Shown here piece after piece: positions 32,682 through 42,835 of a DNA stretch of 64,000 nucleotides. Positions within the stretch are counted from its first letter, which is position 1. Each line of letters opens with the position of its first letter. The notes beneath the pieces are model-generated. The model was not told where the DNA came from, ran no database searches, and was given only the letters and a program-made list of their open reading frames with translations. Origin of the DNA: a virus. The stretch is taken from the IMG/VR virus record IMGVR_UViG_3300021197_000868, positions 1 to 64,000 of that record; one strand, written 5' to 3'. The position numbers and the translations under genes were made by a program.

Positions 32682-34405
32682 TGGCAGAAGAAGAAAAAGG
32701 TCCAGTTAGTCGTTTCTTATCCGCTATTGCTAGTCCATTCCGTCGTAGGACTACACCTCAACCACAAATGCCCCTGTATACCACTGGTATACAAGAGCCA
32801 GTGCTGGCTCAAGGTATTACCATACCTGCTCTTTATGCTGTAAGCCAAGAGAATCTTATTCTAAGAACTGTCCAATCTAAATTACGTCAAGAGATTTTCC
32901 GACGTGGTTATCACTGGGAAAAGAAGTTTAGAAAGAAATGTATAGAGTGTGAAGAAGAGTTCCATCATGACGTAGAAGTTTGTAAGTCATGCGGTGGTGA
33001 AGTTCGTGACCCTGACCCTGAGCAGGTCATTTACGCTAAGTGGTTATTGAACGAAACCAATGCTATGGAGCAAACTTTCATGGAAGTGCTTGGTGAAATT
33101 GAAAATGACTTAAACGTTGTAGACGATGCCTTTTTACTTTTGATTAAAGAATACTATGTAGACCCTGAAAATGGAGATATTGCTTTCTATCGTGTTAAAG
33201 ATATAGTACGTGGTGACCCTATCTTCATGCGAATTATCGCTGATAAGCGTGGTATTCGTGGAGGGAGATACAAGATTTGTCGCATTCATCGTGACCAAGT
33301 TGCATATCCGGGTCAAGAGCCTAAATGTCAGACATGTGGCTCCCGTCTAGTTGACGCTCATTATGTCAACATGGCGGGCTCAGGTAAGAATCAATACTTC
33401 ACGAAAGGTGAAGTAATTCATATCAGTAAGTATAATCCATCGAAGTTGTATGGTCGTGCTCCTGTTAACACTATGTGGAGACAAGCGATGAGTCTTACAG
33501 CGATGGATAACTACATCTATACTTCCTATCAGAAACGTCGTACTCCAAAGGGTATTATTTCAGTCACTACAGACAATCTTGAATCTATGAAATCGTTTTG
33601 GAAATCTGTTGATGAAAAGATGGAGCGTGACCCTCACTATGTACCTAAAGTGGGTATTGAATCCTCTTCAGGCCGTGGTGGTGTGAACTGGGTTAAGTTC
33701 ATGGACACTTTAGAAGAGATGCAGTACATGGCTGTACGTGATGAGATTCGTAATCGTATCGCTGCATTCTATGGTGTATCATCAATCTTTATGATTGACA
33801 ATGGTAAATCAGGTGGACTGAATAATGAAGGTCTACAGATTCTCGTTACTAATCGTGCTGTGGAGTTTGGTCAGAAAGTTTACACTGACAATTTATTCCC
33901 ACGTATGTTGAAGGAAATGGATGTTACCGATTGGAAATTAACACTCTATCCTAACGAAGAAGAAGATGAAATTACAAGACTACGCCGTGATGAAATGGAA
34001 GTTAACCTAGCACAGCGTATGGCTATGTTAGGTTATAAGCCTGAATTATTAGAAGAAGGGGATAGAGATATTCGCTTTGTTTACAAAAAGCAAGAAGAGC
34101 AACCTCAACCTCCTCAAGGAGGAGCACCACCGGGTATGCCTCCGGGTGGAGGAATGCCACCGGGTATGCCTCCGGGTGGAGGAATGCCACCTCAGATGCA
34201 AGGAGGAGGACCAATGCCGCCATCACAACCCGGTGGTGAAGGACAAGGAATACGTACTCCACGCTCACCAGCAAGACCGCAAGCACGCTCTTCACCCGGA
34301 GCAGGTTCACCTATGTCTAGTGTCCAGCAAAGAGGACCAGCACCTACAATTTCGCAGCAAAATAGTAATGCTATGTTAAACTCAAGGAGGCCGAGAGGTC
34401 AGTAA
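32678..34405 (+). CDS. Portal protein with Zn-ribbon insertions and a Pro/Gly-rich tail
   Basis: EVIHISKYNPSKLYGRAP, MQYM..RDEIRNRIAAFYGVS HK97-like portal motifs; position after TerL. Confidence 0.9.
   Translation: MMAEEEKGPVSRFLSAIASPFRRRTTPQPQMPLYTTGIQEPVLAQGITIPALYAVSQENLILRTVQSKLRQEIFRRGYHWEKKFRKKCIECEEEFHHDVEVCKSCGGEVRDPDPEQVIYAKWLLNETNAMEQTFMEVLGEIENDLNVVDDAFLLLIKEYYVDPENGDIAFYRVKDIVRGDPIFMRIIADKRGIRGGRYKICRIHRDQVAYPGQEPKCQTCGSRLVDAHYVNMAGSGKNQYFTKGEVIHISKYNPSKLYGRAPVNTMWRQAMSLTAMDNYIYTSYQKRRTPKGIISVTTDNLESMKSFWKSVDEKMERDPHYVPKVGIESSSGRGGVNWVKFMDTLEEMQYMAVRDEIRNRIAAFYGVSSIFMIDNGKSGGLNNEGLQILVTNRAVEFGQKVYTDNLFPRMLKEMDVTDWKLTLYPNEEEDEITRLRRDEMEVNLAQRMAMLGYKPELLEEGDRDIRFVYKKQEEQPQPPQGGAPPGMPPGGGMPPGMPPGGGMPPQMQGGGPMPPSQPGGEGQGIRTPRSPARPQARSSPGAGSPMSSVQQRGPAPTISQQNSNAMLNSRRPRGQ
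34127..34191 (+). repeat. 30-bp tandem duplication (PPGMPPGGGM x2) in the portal tail
   Basis: CCACCGGGTATGCCTCCGGGTGGAGGAATG at 34127 and 34157. Confidence 0.9.
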
Positions 34406-34450
34406 CATTATTTAAGGCTGCATTGATACGAATAACAAGAGGGGAGTAGA

Positions 34451-34798
34451 ATGAACTTAAAGAAAATGGACCCAATGGCCCGAAAACTTGCTGTACATAG
34501 TGAGCAATTCGCTAAGGCTTTAGAGAATGGAAATGCAGTAGATGCTCAAGCACATATCAATGAAGTATTGAAGTTTGCTGGCTTCTTATCAGACGACTTA
34601 CACACTGCTGTAGTTAAAGCAGAAAGAGAAACTGTTGACTTACAATTTAATATGATTTCAAAGATGAATGTTTCAGGACAGAAGTTTGATGTTAAGCAGC
34701 GTAACGATGTACTACCCGGTACAGTTATCGCCGCTAGAACTCAAAGAGGTATGACTCCTCACAAAGGTACATTCGGAAGATTCGTACCTGACCAGTAG
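34451..34798 (+). CDS. Hypothetical head-module protein
   Basis: TATTTAAG box and GAGGGG RBS upstream. Confidence 0.75.
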   Translation: MNLKKMDPMARKLAVHSEQFAKALENGNAVDAQAHINEVLKFAGFLSDDLHTAVVKAERETVDLQFNMISKMNVSGQKFDVKQRNDVLPGTVIAARTQRGMTPHKGTFGRFVPDQ

Positions 34799-34806
34799 GT
34801 GATTTA

Positions 34807-35130
34807 ATGAGCGATAATACTACTGAAAAGTTAATGAATACACTTATTTCAAAAATGGAAAACATGGACAATGACCTTCAGTCGTTAAAGCACCAAAATG
34901 CTGAGTTACGTAAGGCTCTAAATAATCCTACTTCTCTACTCCGTAAGGCTGGATTTGTAACTTCCACAACTCCTTTGAACGAAGATGTATCAGTCGACGC
35001 ATTCCGTGCTAACGATGATTCTATCATAAAAGGACATGATGACTTTTCTAATTCCGAGATACACCAAATGACTTGGGATGAGATTCACAATATGGCTGAG
35101 CAGGTCAAAGGTACTGAGGTGATTTCATGA
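34807..35130 (+). CDS. Scaffold-like small protein
   Basis: Coiled-coil N-terminus; C-terminal MTWDEIH shared with the protease/scaffold C-terminus (MSWDEVH). Confidence 0.7.
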   Translation: MSDNTTEKLMNTLISKMENMDNDLQSLKHQNAELRKALNNPTSLLRKAGFVTSTTPLNEDVSVDAFRANDDSIIKGHDDFSNSEIHQMTWDEIHNMAEQVKGTEVIS

Positions 35131-35906
35131 GGCCAGTTAAGTCAGATAGAAGTAAAGAAGCAGACGATTTACTAAAGAAAGCAGAATATCTTCTGAAGAA
35201 AGCAGAAGATTTAGACATGATAGAACATGAAGGTGAAGATGTACCTGCTTTTGTCGCTGATGGAAAAGGACCTAACGATAAGAAGTCTAAGAAGTCTAAG
35301 GTATGCCCTGAATGTAAAGGTAAAGGGGATGATTGTGAATGCAATGAATCCGAAGATGAATCCGAAGATGAATCTGAGGGAGACTGCCCTGAATGCGGTG
35401 AAAAAATGAATAAGATGGGTTGCATGAAGATGGGCTGTGGTGGTAAAGTGGCTAAGGGAGCAGATATGGGCTCTCAGCCTAATTTCATTACTTCCTTTGA
35501 TTCTAATCCTCAAAACGTAATGTTTGCTGCTGAAAGCGGAGGACAAACTCGCAACGCCTATTACTCCACTAATCAACATTTATACAATGGTGAAGATGTA
35601 ACCAACAAAGGTTCAATATCTGAATCAGTGAATGTTGAGGCTCTATCTCCTAAAATGAACCCACATGATAGTATACAACGCCAAGTTGAGAACGGAGTGC
35701 TATCAAAGGCAGAAGAGGCACTAGCCAAAGCAAAAGAAGATTTGGCTAAGGCAGTATGTCGTCAATGTGGTGGCAATCAATTTTCAGGCTGTAAGTTAGG
35801 ATTCGGTATGGACTGCCCCGGTTTATCGGGCACAGGCCACGATAACGTTGGCGCTGAAGAAGGTCACCGTGACTCCGCCCCACCATCTGAATGGACTCAA
35901 TACTGA
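35127..35906 (+). CDS. Acidic Cys-rich head-associated protein
   Basis: CPEC x2, CRQC; several LLK/LSK/LAK-A sites. Confidence 0.75.
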   Translation: MRPVKSDRSKEADDLLKKAEYLLKKAEDLDMIEHEGEDVPAFVADGKGPNDKKSKKSKVCPECKGKGDDCECNESEDESEDESEGDCPECGEKMNKMGCMKMGCGGKVAKGADMGSQPNFITSFDSNPQNVMFAAESGGQTRNAYYSTNQHLYNGEDVTNKGSISESVNVEALSPKMNPHDSIQRQVENGVLSKAEEALAKAKEDLAKAVCRQCGGNQFSGCKLGFGMDCPGLSGTGHDNVGAEEGHRDSAPPSEWTQY

Positions 35907-35919
35907 TGGTGGTGTTGAT

Positions 35920-38900
35920 GTGCGAGAAGATGCTGCTGACTGGTATCTAAGAGCACGTTCAGACTTAGTCAAATCTATTCTTGATGAATTAGACTATGAT
36001 TACTCAGTTGGTAATTATGTTCTAGCGAGTGAGAACCTAAGAAGACACGGCTACGATGTAGTTAAAGGCCCTGAAGATTTCATTTGTGATTTAGTAGTCA
36101 AAGAAGAGATGAAAGAGGATGAAAAGTCTTGGAAGGAAAAAATCGCCTCCGGTGATAGAAAAGAGATAGCAGAAGGCCGTTTAGAAAGACGGCAAGAAGA
36201 AAGAGGAAAATTAGAGCAACGTGGTCGTGAAAGAACATATGATACCTCTTATCTTTCTACTGGTTCAACAGCAAACATTGTACCTGACCATCATTGGCAA
36301 AATAGATTTAAAGAATCTACTACTCATGATTTCGTGAGCCTCTTCCCTGATGCTGATATAAAAGAAGACTCTCTTTATCCTAACACCCATCCTTTTCAAA
36401 AGGAAAACCACCCTCTTTTAACGACTAATGTACGTACTGGTCTACCTGCTTTCATTGAAACTTTACGAGACTTATACTTACCTTCTAAACCCGGTGCTAG
36501 TTCTTTAGCAGAGCAAATAAAAAAGCACGAAACAATGCAAGAAAACCATCATGTGAAAAACAATAATTCCAGTGTTACTGGTGTTAAGGATTCTATCACT
36601 GGTGAAATATCACATCCTTTTTCAGGACCTCTTCACGACTCTCACCTTCATGATATGTACTTAGACAATCTTGAAAACTGGAAACATGAAAATCAAGACC
36701 TAGTTGATTCAATTACAAAAAAATATAGTAACCCCGAAGAACAGGATTTTGCTATAGCGCAAGCCCATATGGATAATGCGATAAAAGGCTGGATGAATAA
36801 AGACGTAAATGATAGTGGTATGAGAACATCATTAGGATGGGGTGGTTATAATTTAGGTCTTGAATGGCTTTCACCAACGCAGAGAAATAACGTTGTAGAG
36901 CATTTAATGGGCAGTGGCTCAACATCACAAGGGGCTCAAAAAATATCCATAGATGGGAGTAAGGGTAAGCATATATCAGTTGGTCGAATAAAACGTAATT
37001 TAAAGCATAGGTTCTCTCCTGAGTTTTTCCATCAAATGAGAGGTATAATTCATACTTCTCAGAATCAAAGAAAACATGTTGAGGGAGAGGGCGATGTACG
37101 TGATATGAATGACCATGATTACCAGTTACTGTATGATGCTTTACATGACACTCATCACGAAGAGCATGGAAATATGGCTAATGCTATTATTAATGCTTTA
37201 AATGAAAAGCATGGTGGTGGGGATTCAGAACCACTTACTAGTATTCATGGGTTGAGAAGTTATCCTAAGTTGAAGCAGTCATTAAAATCACAAGATGTAA
37301 TACAAGCATTAGCAGACACTGGTGAAAATGTAATGAATAGGGGAGTAAATAGAGCAGCCTTACTTCATCTTCTTGGGTTAAAACAAACAAAAGATGGTTA
37401 CGAAGTTAACGAAAAAGGGCACTTTAATCACACTGATAGACCATTAAGTGTTGAGGATATGAAAAAACTCGATGAGACAATGGTTGAAAAACGCATAGGT
37501 TTACTAAAAGATAAGATGATTAGGAATGCAGAATCTCACGGTCATTTAGGTTTTAACGGCCCCCATGATGAAGATATTCCTGAAGATGAAAATGATTTAT
37601 GGATGCGTACCCAACACGGTACTGTTGGGAATGGTGCTATATTCAGTATGCCTTTCATGCGTGGTGGGAATGGTCGTAGTTCTTTAGCAAAACTTGAAAT
37701 GTTACATGACTGGATGCCTAAAGATGAAGAAGGTAATAGTCTAATTGGGGATATTACCCCTGAAGGAGCACTGAGAATCAATAATAAAAATGTAGGATTA
37801 TTTGGCTCAGTTGTACCTGCTGATTCTCAAATGATGGATAGTTCGTCTATGGGTCATCATCAAACTCAATCCTTTTGGGATGCCTCCTCTCATAGAAAAG
37901 AAAGTAAAAAGGGGAGATTCAAAAACAGAAACACCAAACAAAGTCATCATATAGGGCATTCTACTTTAGACCCTGAGATAGCAAATACTCTAGGTAGACT
38001 TACTAGAGATGAGAGGGTAGATGCTATTGGTACAGGTGGCTTTACTCACCATCTTGAGGGTCGTTCTACATCAGCGCATAACCCGATAATGCAGAGAGGA
38101 CAAAGTGCTACCGGGATTGAAACTAGAATCCGTGACAATGGTCGTTTAAGTCACAATGTACACACTAGATTAGGTAGAAATCACCCTCCTCATAAACCTG
38201 CTAAAGTTAGAATGTTAAAACACACTGAAATGAAATTACCAAAAAATAAACAACACCGTACTCATACTGGTGACGCTAGAGTGTTTGACGCTGTTCATGA
38301 ATTGTCAGGTAAAAGTAGAAAAGACTTACCTGAGAAATCCACTCTTGAATATCAAGAGAAACTAGAGAGTGCTTTAGATGAAGTTAATCATTTAGAAGAT
38401 ATGGTGACTATGTATGCCGACACTGGAGATGAAATGCCTGACGGTTTAATGGATAAACTGATGGCTGCTAAAATGAATCTAAAGAATCTTGAAGAAGTTG
38501 ACGCTACTACCCTTGCTTCGGGTAGAGGTATGACTCATCATCATAAACAGTTTGACCTAAAAATGGATGGTGACTTAACTGCTATCACACAAATGGCTGC
38601 TAAACTCAAACCTATTATGGAAAAAGAAGACCCTACTGCATTCGATACTACTAACAAATTGAAGTTTCTTTCTAACACATCACGTCTATACCATGATGCT
38701 AATAGAATGCTTATGATAGCACCTAATGATTCACATGGACTAACCACTTATGGTCCCGGTATAGATGAAGAAAAAATAAAATCCGCTAGTGCGATTGCTT
38801 CTGAAATTACTGGTGATACAATAGTTCCTCATCGTAATATGATGCTAAGCACTATGGAACACGGTGTTGACATTACCCATGATATGTCAATTGAAGATGT

Positions 38901-41367
38901 TATGAGTGCTATTGGTTTTGACCACGATGAAGATGACCCTCTTTACGAGCAACACAAAGACCTTGCTGAAAGGCTACGTGATAGTGCTCCTACTGAAGGT
39001 GGTTTACGGGCTATGACCCACGGCTCTTTATTGAGCACTGGAATGGCTTTCCATCCTAGAGGTCAAGACATTTCCTTAGACCATGAAAAGCATACTAATC
39101 ACATGAATGCTTTTGAAGAGACTTATGATAACGAGCCTGTAGTTCAGCGTTACAAAGAAATGGCTAGGGAAAAAGCACTGACTGGTAGAACTACTGAGAG
39201 AGGAAAAGAAACTAAAGGTTTGAACGAGTGGTTTAAGACTAATTTTCTTGGTAAATTAGGAGTAATTCCTCGTTTAATGAGCAAGCATTACAAACCAGAA
39301 TCTGAAAAATATGGATTAATGCACTTACCGATGGGTGATGTGAAGGATAAAAGTCACAATAAGAGTAAAGTTAAAAGTTTAATTCATGATATAATCGCAG
39401 TAGACCCTAAAATGGTTGACGTTGAACATGCTATTAAGCCCACAATAGATAGTACAGAGACTCCTATTGATAAATTAAACAGAAGTCATGGGCGAGAAAT
39501 ACACCCCGCTACGTCATTAAAGGGAGCCAACGTAGGCGACTATTTCGTTTCAGGTGCTATGGAAATGGGCTACCCAATGACTCCTACAGTTGGAATAGAA
39601 TGGGATGGTAGTAACTTTGTGGCTGGAACTAACATGCCTAGTCAGCAACAACTTCATTCTATTTCCGAGGAATCTTTGAATGCTATTCATGGTGAAGATA
39701 CAGTGAAACAAGTAATGGCTTTACCCGGACAATTCCCTAGCGGTCCTAATTCTCAGAACCCTAATCTTTTACTTGGAGGTAGAGCCGAGAGTGATAATCC
39801 TGATGATATGGGTAAATCTGATGATATGGGTGATACACTTACTGCCCTCATGGACCCTGATGTTTTGATTAAGAGTGATGATGGTAAACCACTTCCTATT
39901 CTTCCTATGCACCGTATATTCTCAGTTAAGGACTTTGAAGCATTACGTGGTTTTAGTGGTGAATGGGCTGCTTCAATACTCCCTGCTGATGAAAGATTCA
40001 TAGTTCGTAAGAAGGGTAATAGAGTCACAGCATATGATAAGGATGGTGATGTTGCTTTATCACCTGAAGATAGAAAACAATTCAAACTACTAAATGACAA
40101 GAACTGGATGTTAGATGCTGTTAAGGACGGTGGTGAGATTAACATTGTAGACATAATAGAATACGATGATACAAACATAGCCGACATGACTGTACGAGAG
40201 CGTTTGAAAGTTCTAAGAGGACAGTTCGATAGCCATGAACATGTCATAATTCCCGGCCCTCATAATCTACGATTAACAGATAATGAAGGACTAGAGACGG
40301 TTGTTGAAAGTTTAAATGAATCAGGAGAGCGTATTTTACTTCGTGACGCTACCTCTACTTACATGCGTGGAGAGAGAAGACACCCTAAGTGGTTCTTACT
40401 TAGACCTGATAAAGAAGTGACTCTCATCATTTTAGATGTTAGGGGTAAAGGTCCTTTCACTTATAGATTAGGAGCAGGGCCACTCGATGTAGAAGGTTTC
40501 GGTAATCGTGGTGTAGAATATGAAGGACAATCATATCTTGATGTGGGTACTGTAAAGAGTTCTAAACCATTTGAAGAAGGTGACTTTGTGAATGTTAAGA
40601 CTTCAGGTGTTAAATCAAGAAATCGAAATGGTAAGACTATATACGACGTAGCCGTATCTAAGATAGTTACAGAGACTGATGATGCTCCTGCTTCTCTTGA
40701 GACATTGTCACTGTTAACTAAATCACATTCTGTTATACCTGTTCAATTTTCAATCGACGTAACACATAATAAATTAACAGTATCTATACCTCAAGTAGAT
40801 GATGTAATCTACAAGATGAATAGAAACGCACATGGGCAGTGGGCTCACTCCCCTTACTCCACCTTGGCTGATTTACAAAAGAATGAATATCCTATTCTAT
40901 TGGCTGAAAGCCTACGACCTTTATGGAATCAAGCAGCCTCTTTAATGCTAAAGGGCGTAAAAGTCGGTATTGAAAGTGGTACACGTAGTATGTCAGACCC
41001 TAAACATCGTAAGCAAAGTGAAAAAGAATCCGCTGGTATTATTGATGATGATGATGAAATGAACATTCTAAAGCCTCAAATGGTAAAGACTCTAAGTCGT
41101 ATTGCTAACTTAGTAGATAAGGTAGCGAAAGAAAAAATGTCAGGAAGAGTAGGCGCTCAAGGCTTCGGAATAGATGTAGGTGATGGTACTGAGTCACCTA
41201 GAGGCCCTACTTCTCTTACAAGTGAAGAGTCACTACCTGACTGGGATATGTTGGAACGTCCTACCGAAGACCCCGAAGAAGAATACCCAGCGGCTCGTAG
41301 CAAGAGGCTAAAGCAAAAAAATAGAGAGGAGTCTAACGTTTATGAAGGAGATGAGGAAAATGAGTGA
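35920..41367 (+). CDS. Giant His-rich head-associated protein with a C-terminal degenerate ATP-dependent DNA ligase (NTase+OB) fold
   Basis: ERFIVRK.G..V.AY, WMLDA, IVDII, RERLKVL, ERILLRD..STYMRGERRHPKW, OB-like VGTV. GTG 35920 with GGTGGTG RBS is preferred over 35848. Confidence 0.8.
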   Translation: MREDAADWYLRARSDLVKSILDELDYDYSVGNYVLASENLRRHGYDVVKGPEDFICDLVVKEEMKEDEKSWKEKIASGDRKEIAEGRLERRQEERGKLEQRGRERTYDTSYLSTGSTANIVPDHHWQNRFKESTTHDFVSLFPDADIKEDSLYPNTHPFQKENHPLLTTNVRTGLPAFIETLRDLYLPSKPGASSLAEQIKKHETMQENHHVKNNNSSVTGVKDSITGEISHPFSGPLHDSHLHDMYLDNLENWKHENQDLVDSITKKYSNPEEQDFAIAQAHMDNAIKGWMNKDVNDSGMRTSLGWGGYNLGLEWLSPTQRNNVVEHLMGSGSTSQGAQKISIDGSKGKHISVGRIKRNLKHRFSPEFFHQMRGIIHTSQNQRKHVEGEGDVRDMNDHDYQLLYDALHDTHHEEHGNMANAIINALNEKHGGGDSEPLTSIHGLRSYPKLKQSLKSQDVIQALADTGENVMNRGVNRAALLHLLGLKQTKDGYEVNEKGHFNHTDRPLSVEDMKKLDETMVEKRIGLLKDKMIRNAESHGHLGFNGPHDEDIPEDENDLWMRTQHGTVGNGAIFSMPFMRGGNGRSSLAKLEMLHDWMPKDEEGNSLIGDITPEGALRINNKNVGLFGSVVPADSQMMDSSSMGHHQTQSFWDASSHRKESKKGRFKNRNTKQSHHIGHSTLDPEIANTLGRLTRDERVDAIGTGGFTHHLEGRSTSAHNPIMQRGQSATGIETRIRDNGRLSHNVHTRLGRNHPPHKPAKVRMLKHTEMKLPKNKQHRTHTGDARVFDAVHELSGKSRKDLPEKSTLEYQEKLESALDEVNHLEDMVTMYADTGDEMPDGLMDKLMAAKMNLKNLEEVDATTLASGRGMTHHHKQFDLKMDGDLTAITQMAAKLKPIMEKEDPTAFDTTNKLKFLSNTSRLYHDANRMLMIAPNDSHGLTTYGPGIDEEKIKSASAIASEITGDTIVPHRNMMLSTMEHGVDITHDMSIEDVMSAIGFDHDEDDPLYEQHKDLAERLRDSAPTEGGLRAMTHGSLLSTGMAFHPRGQDISLDHEKHTNHMNAFEETYDNEPVVQRYKEMAREKALTGRTTERGKETKGLNEWFKTNFLGKLGVIPRLMSKHYKPESEKYGLMHLPMGDVKDKSHNKSKVKSLIHDIIAVDPKMVDVEHAIKPTIDSTETPIDKLNRSHGREIHPATSLKGANVGDYFVSGAMEMGYPMTPTVGIEWDGSNFVAGTNMPSQQQLHSISEESLNAIHGEDTVKQVMALPGQFPSGPNSQNPNLLLGGRAESDNPDDMGKSDDMGDTLTALMDPDVLIKSDDGKPLPILPMHRIFSVKDFEALRGFSGEWAASILPADERFIVRKKGNRVTAYDKDGDVALSPEDRKQFKLLNDKNWMLDAVKDGGEINIVDIIEYDDTNIADMTVRERLKVLRGQFDSHEHVIIPGPHNLRLTDNEGLETVVESLNESGERILLRDATSTYMRGERRHPKWFLLRPDKEVTLIILDVRGKGPFTYRLGAGPLDVEGFGNRGVEYEGQSYLDVGTVKSSKPFEEGDFVNVKTSGVKSRNRNGKTIYDVAVSKIVTETDDAPASLETLSLLTKSHSVIPVQFSIDVTHNKLTVSIPQVDDVIYKMNRNAHGQWAHSPYSTLADLQKNEYPILLAESLRPLWNQAASLMLKGVKVGIESGTRSMSDPKHRKQSEKESAGIIDDDDEMNILKPQMVKTLSRIANLVDKVAKEKMSGRVGAQGFGIDVGDGTESPRGPTSLTSEESLPDWDMLERPTEDPEEEYPAARSKRLKQKNREESNVYEGDEENE

Positions 41368-41402
41368 TGCCGCTTTATTAATATACCAAAAGCAGACAAG
41401 AG

Positions 41403-42794
41403 GTGTTTAGTGTGTTACTCAGAACTCGACAAGACAACCTCTCCCTTCTCAAAGGGGGTAACGACCTCGTGGTCGCAGGTTACGCTAGTGTCGAACTGGT
41501 CGACAAGCAGGGGGATTTGATTACTCGGTCAGCCTTGAAGGATGCCTTCAAGAAATACATGACAGAGCCTAAATACAGAAACGTGCAACTAGCACATTCT
41601 AACATTCAGGTAGGAGAAGTCATTCCACAATACACAGACAGTGAAGGGAGGTTATGGAAAAGCGAAGTTGACGATGCAGGAATGTTCGTCGTAGTTCAAC
41701 TCAGAAATGACATCGAAAAAGCACGTGAAGTGTCAGCAGAGGTCAGAAAGGGGAACTTAACGGGATTCAGCATCGGAGGACAAGCATTCAAGCGAGTTCG
41801 GAAACATGATAGCAGCCACGGCAATTATCAAGAAATCAGCAAACTCGAACTCCATGAAATCACTATCTGCGAAAAAGGAATAAACCCTGAAGCAACATTC
41901 AAGATATTAAAAGAAGACAAAAATAAGGAGATGAAGAAAATGGCAGATGATGTTATGGAACAGATGAACAGCGTTCTCGAGCGCTTGGAAGGGCGACTAG
42001 ACTCAATGGAGAAGGGCGAATTACCACCTGCTCTAAAAGAGGCTATGAAAGATAAGAAAGGTAAGAAAGACGATGACAAAGACGAAGATAAGTCTGAGAA
42101 AGCGTACAAAGCCGATGATGATGAGAAAGATGAGAAGAAAGATGAGAAGAAAAAATCTGAATACTCTGACGTTATATCTGCTGAATACCTAGATTGGATG
42201 GAGAACACTCTAAAGTCTGCTGGTGTAGATACTACAGGTGCAAGAAACCATTTCGATGGTATCAGTAAAGCAAACCTTGGTTCTACACCTGAAGAACTAT
42301 CTGACTATGATTCTCGCTTCGCAGGACAAGTTAAGGGAAGAGCACAAGAAGGTGGCTCACCATCTACTAACGCACTAAGCCGTGCTGGTCTAACTCGTGG
42401 CGGCTCAGGCTCTGTAGAAAAGAGTGATTTCATCACATCTGTAGACCCTGCTTCACTAGAATACGCATACGAAGTCTTCAAGGCTGCAAAGCAAGAAGAG
42501 CAACTACGTAAGGGTATGGAAGTCAACTTCGAGTCTCGCTTCGCTCAAGAATCCAGTATGGAAATTGAAAAAGCAAAAGCACAGGCTTTCGATGCTCGCC
42601 AACCTCTTGATGAAGTCATGAAGGCTCTTGGAACACTTAATGAAAGAATCGACAACATCGGCTCTTCTGTAGAATCTTCTACAATCGCAAAATCCGCATC
42701 CACTGATTTCGAGGTCCCTTCTACGGCTGACCTTGGTAACATGTCATGGGATGAAGTTCACCAACTCGCTGGAGGATTATTCCGAGGCGAGTGA
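41403..42794 (+). CDS. HK97-family prohead protease fused to a scaffold domain
   Basis: VAGYAS...DKQGDLI, catalytic H (LAHS), GFSIGG Ser motif, HEITICEKGINPEA; coiled-coil C-terminal half. Confidence 0.92.
   Translation: MFSVLLRTRQDNLSLLKGGNDLVVAGYASVELVDKQGDLITRSALKDAFKKYMTEPKYRNVQLAHSNIQVGEVIPQYTDSEGRLWKSEVDDAGMFVVVQLRNDIEKAREVSAEVRKGNLTGFSIGGQAFKRVRKHDSSHGNYQEISKLELHEITICEKGINPEATFKILKEDKNKEMKKMADDVMEQMNSVLERLEGRLDSMEKGELPPALKEAMKDKKGKKDDDKDEDKSEKAYKADDDEKDEKKDEKKKSEYSDVISAEYLDWMENTLKSAGVDTTGARNHFDGISKANLGSTPEELSDYDSRFAGQVKGRAQEGGSPSTNALSRAGLTRGGSGSVEKSDFITSVDPASLEYAYEVFKAAKQEEQLRKGMEVNFESRFAQESSMEIEKAKAQAFDARQPLDEVMKALGTLNERIDNIGSSVESSTIAKSASTDFEVPSTADLGNMSWDEVHQLAGGLFRGE
41921..41934 (+). 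promoter_or_regulatory. Strong translation-initiation element AAATAAGGAGATGA inside the protease gene
   Basis: Identical 14-mer at 42816 and 44030, each 19-20 nt before an ATG (41940, 42836, 44050). Confidence 0.75.
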
Positions 42795-42835
42795 AACTCA
42801 ATAACTAAGAAATGAAAATAAGGAGATGAAAAAAT

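Noticed and set aside
12784-35373. Short in-frame tandem duplications (12784-12831, 34127-34191, about 35345-35373)
   Set aside because: Ordinary slippage in low-complexity coding regions; they preserve frame and show no sign of phase variation.
39850-40720. Functional DNA ligase
   Set aside because: The motif I and motif V lysines appear to be missing; reported as a degenerate fold instead.
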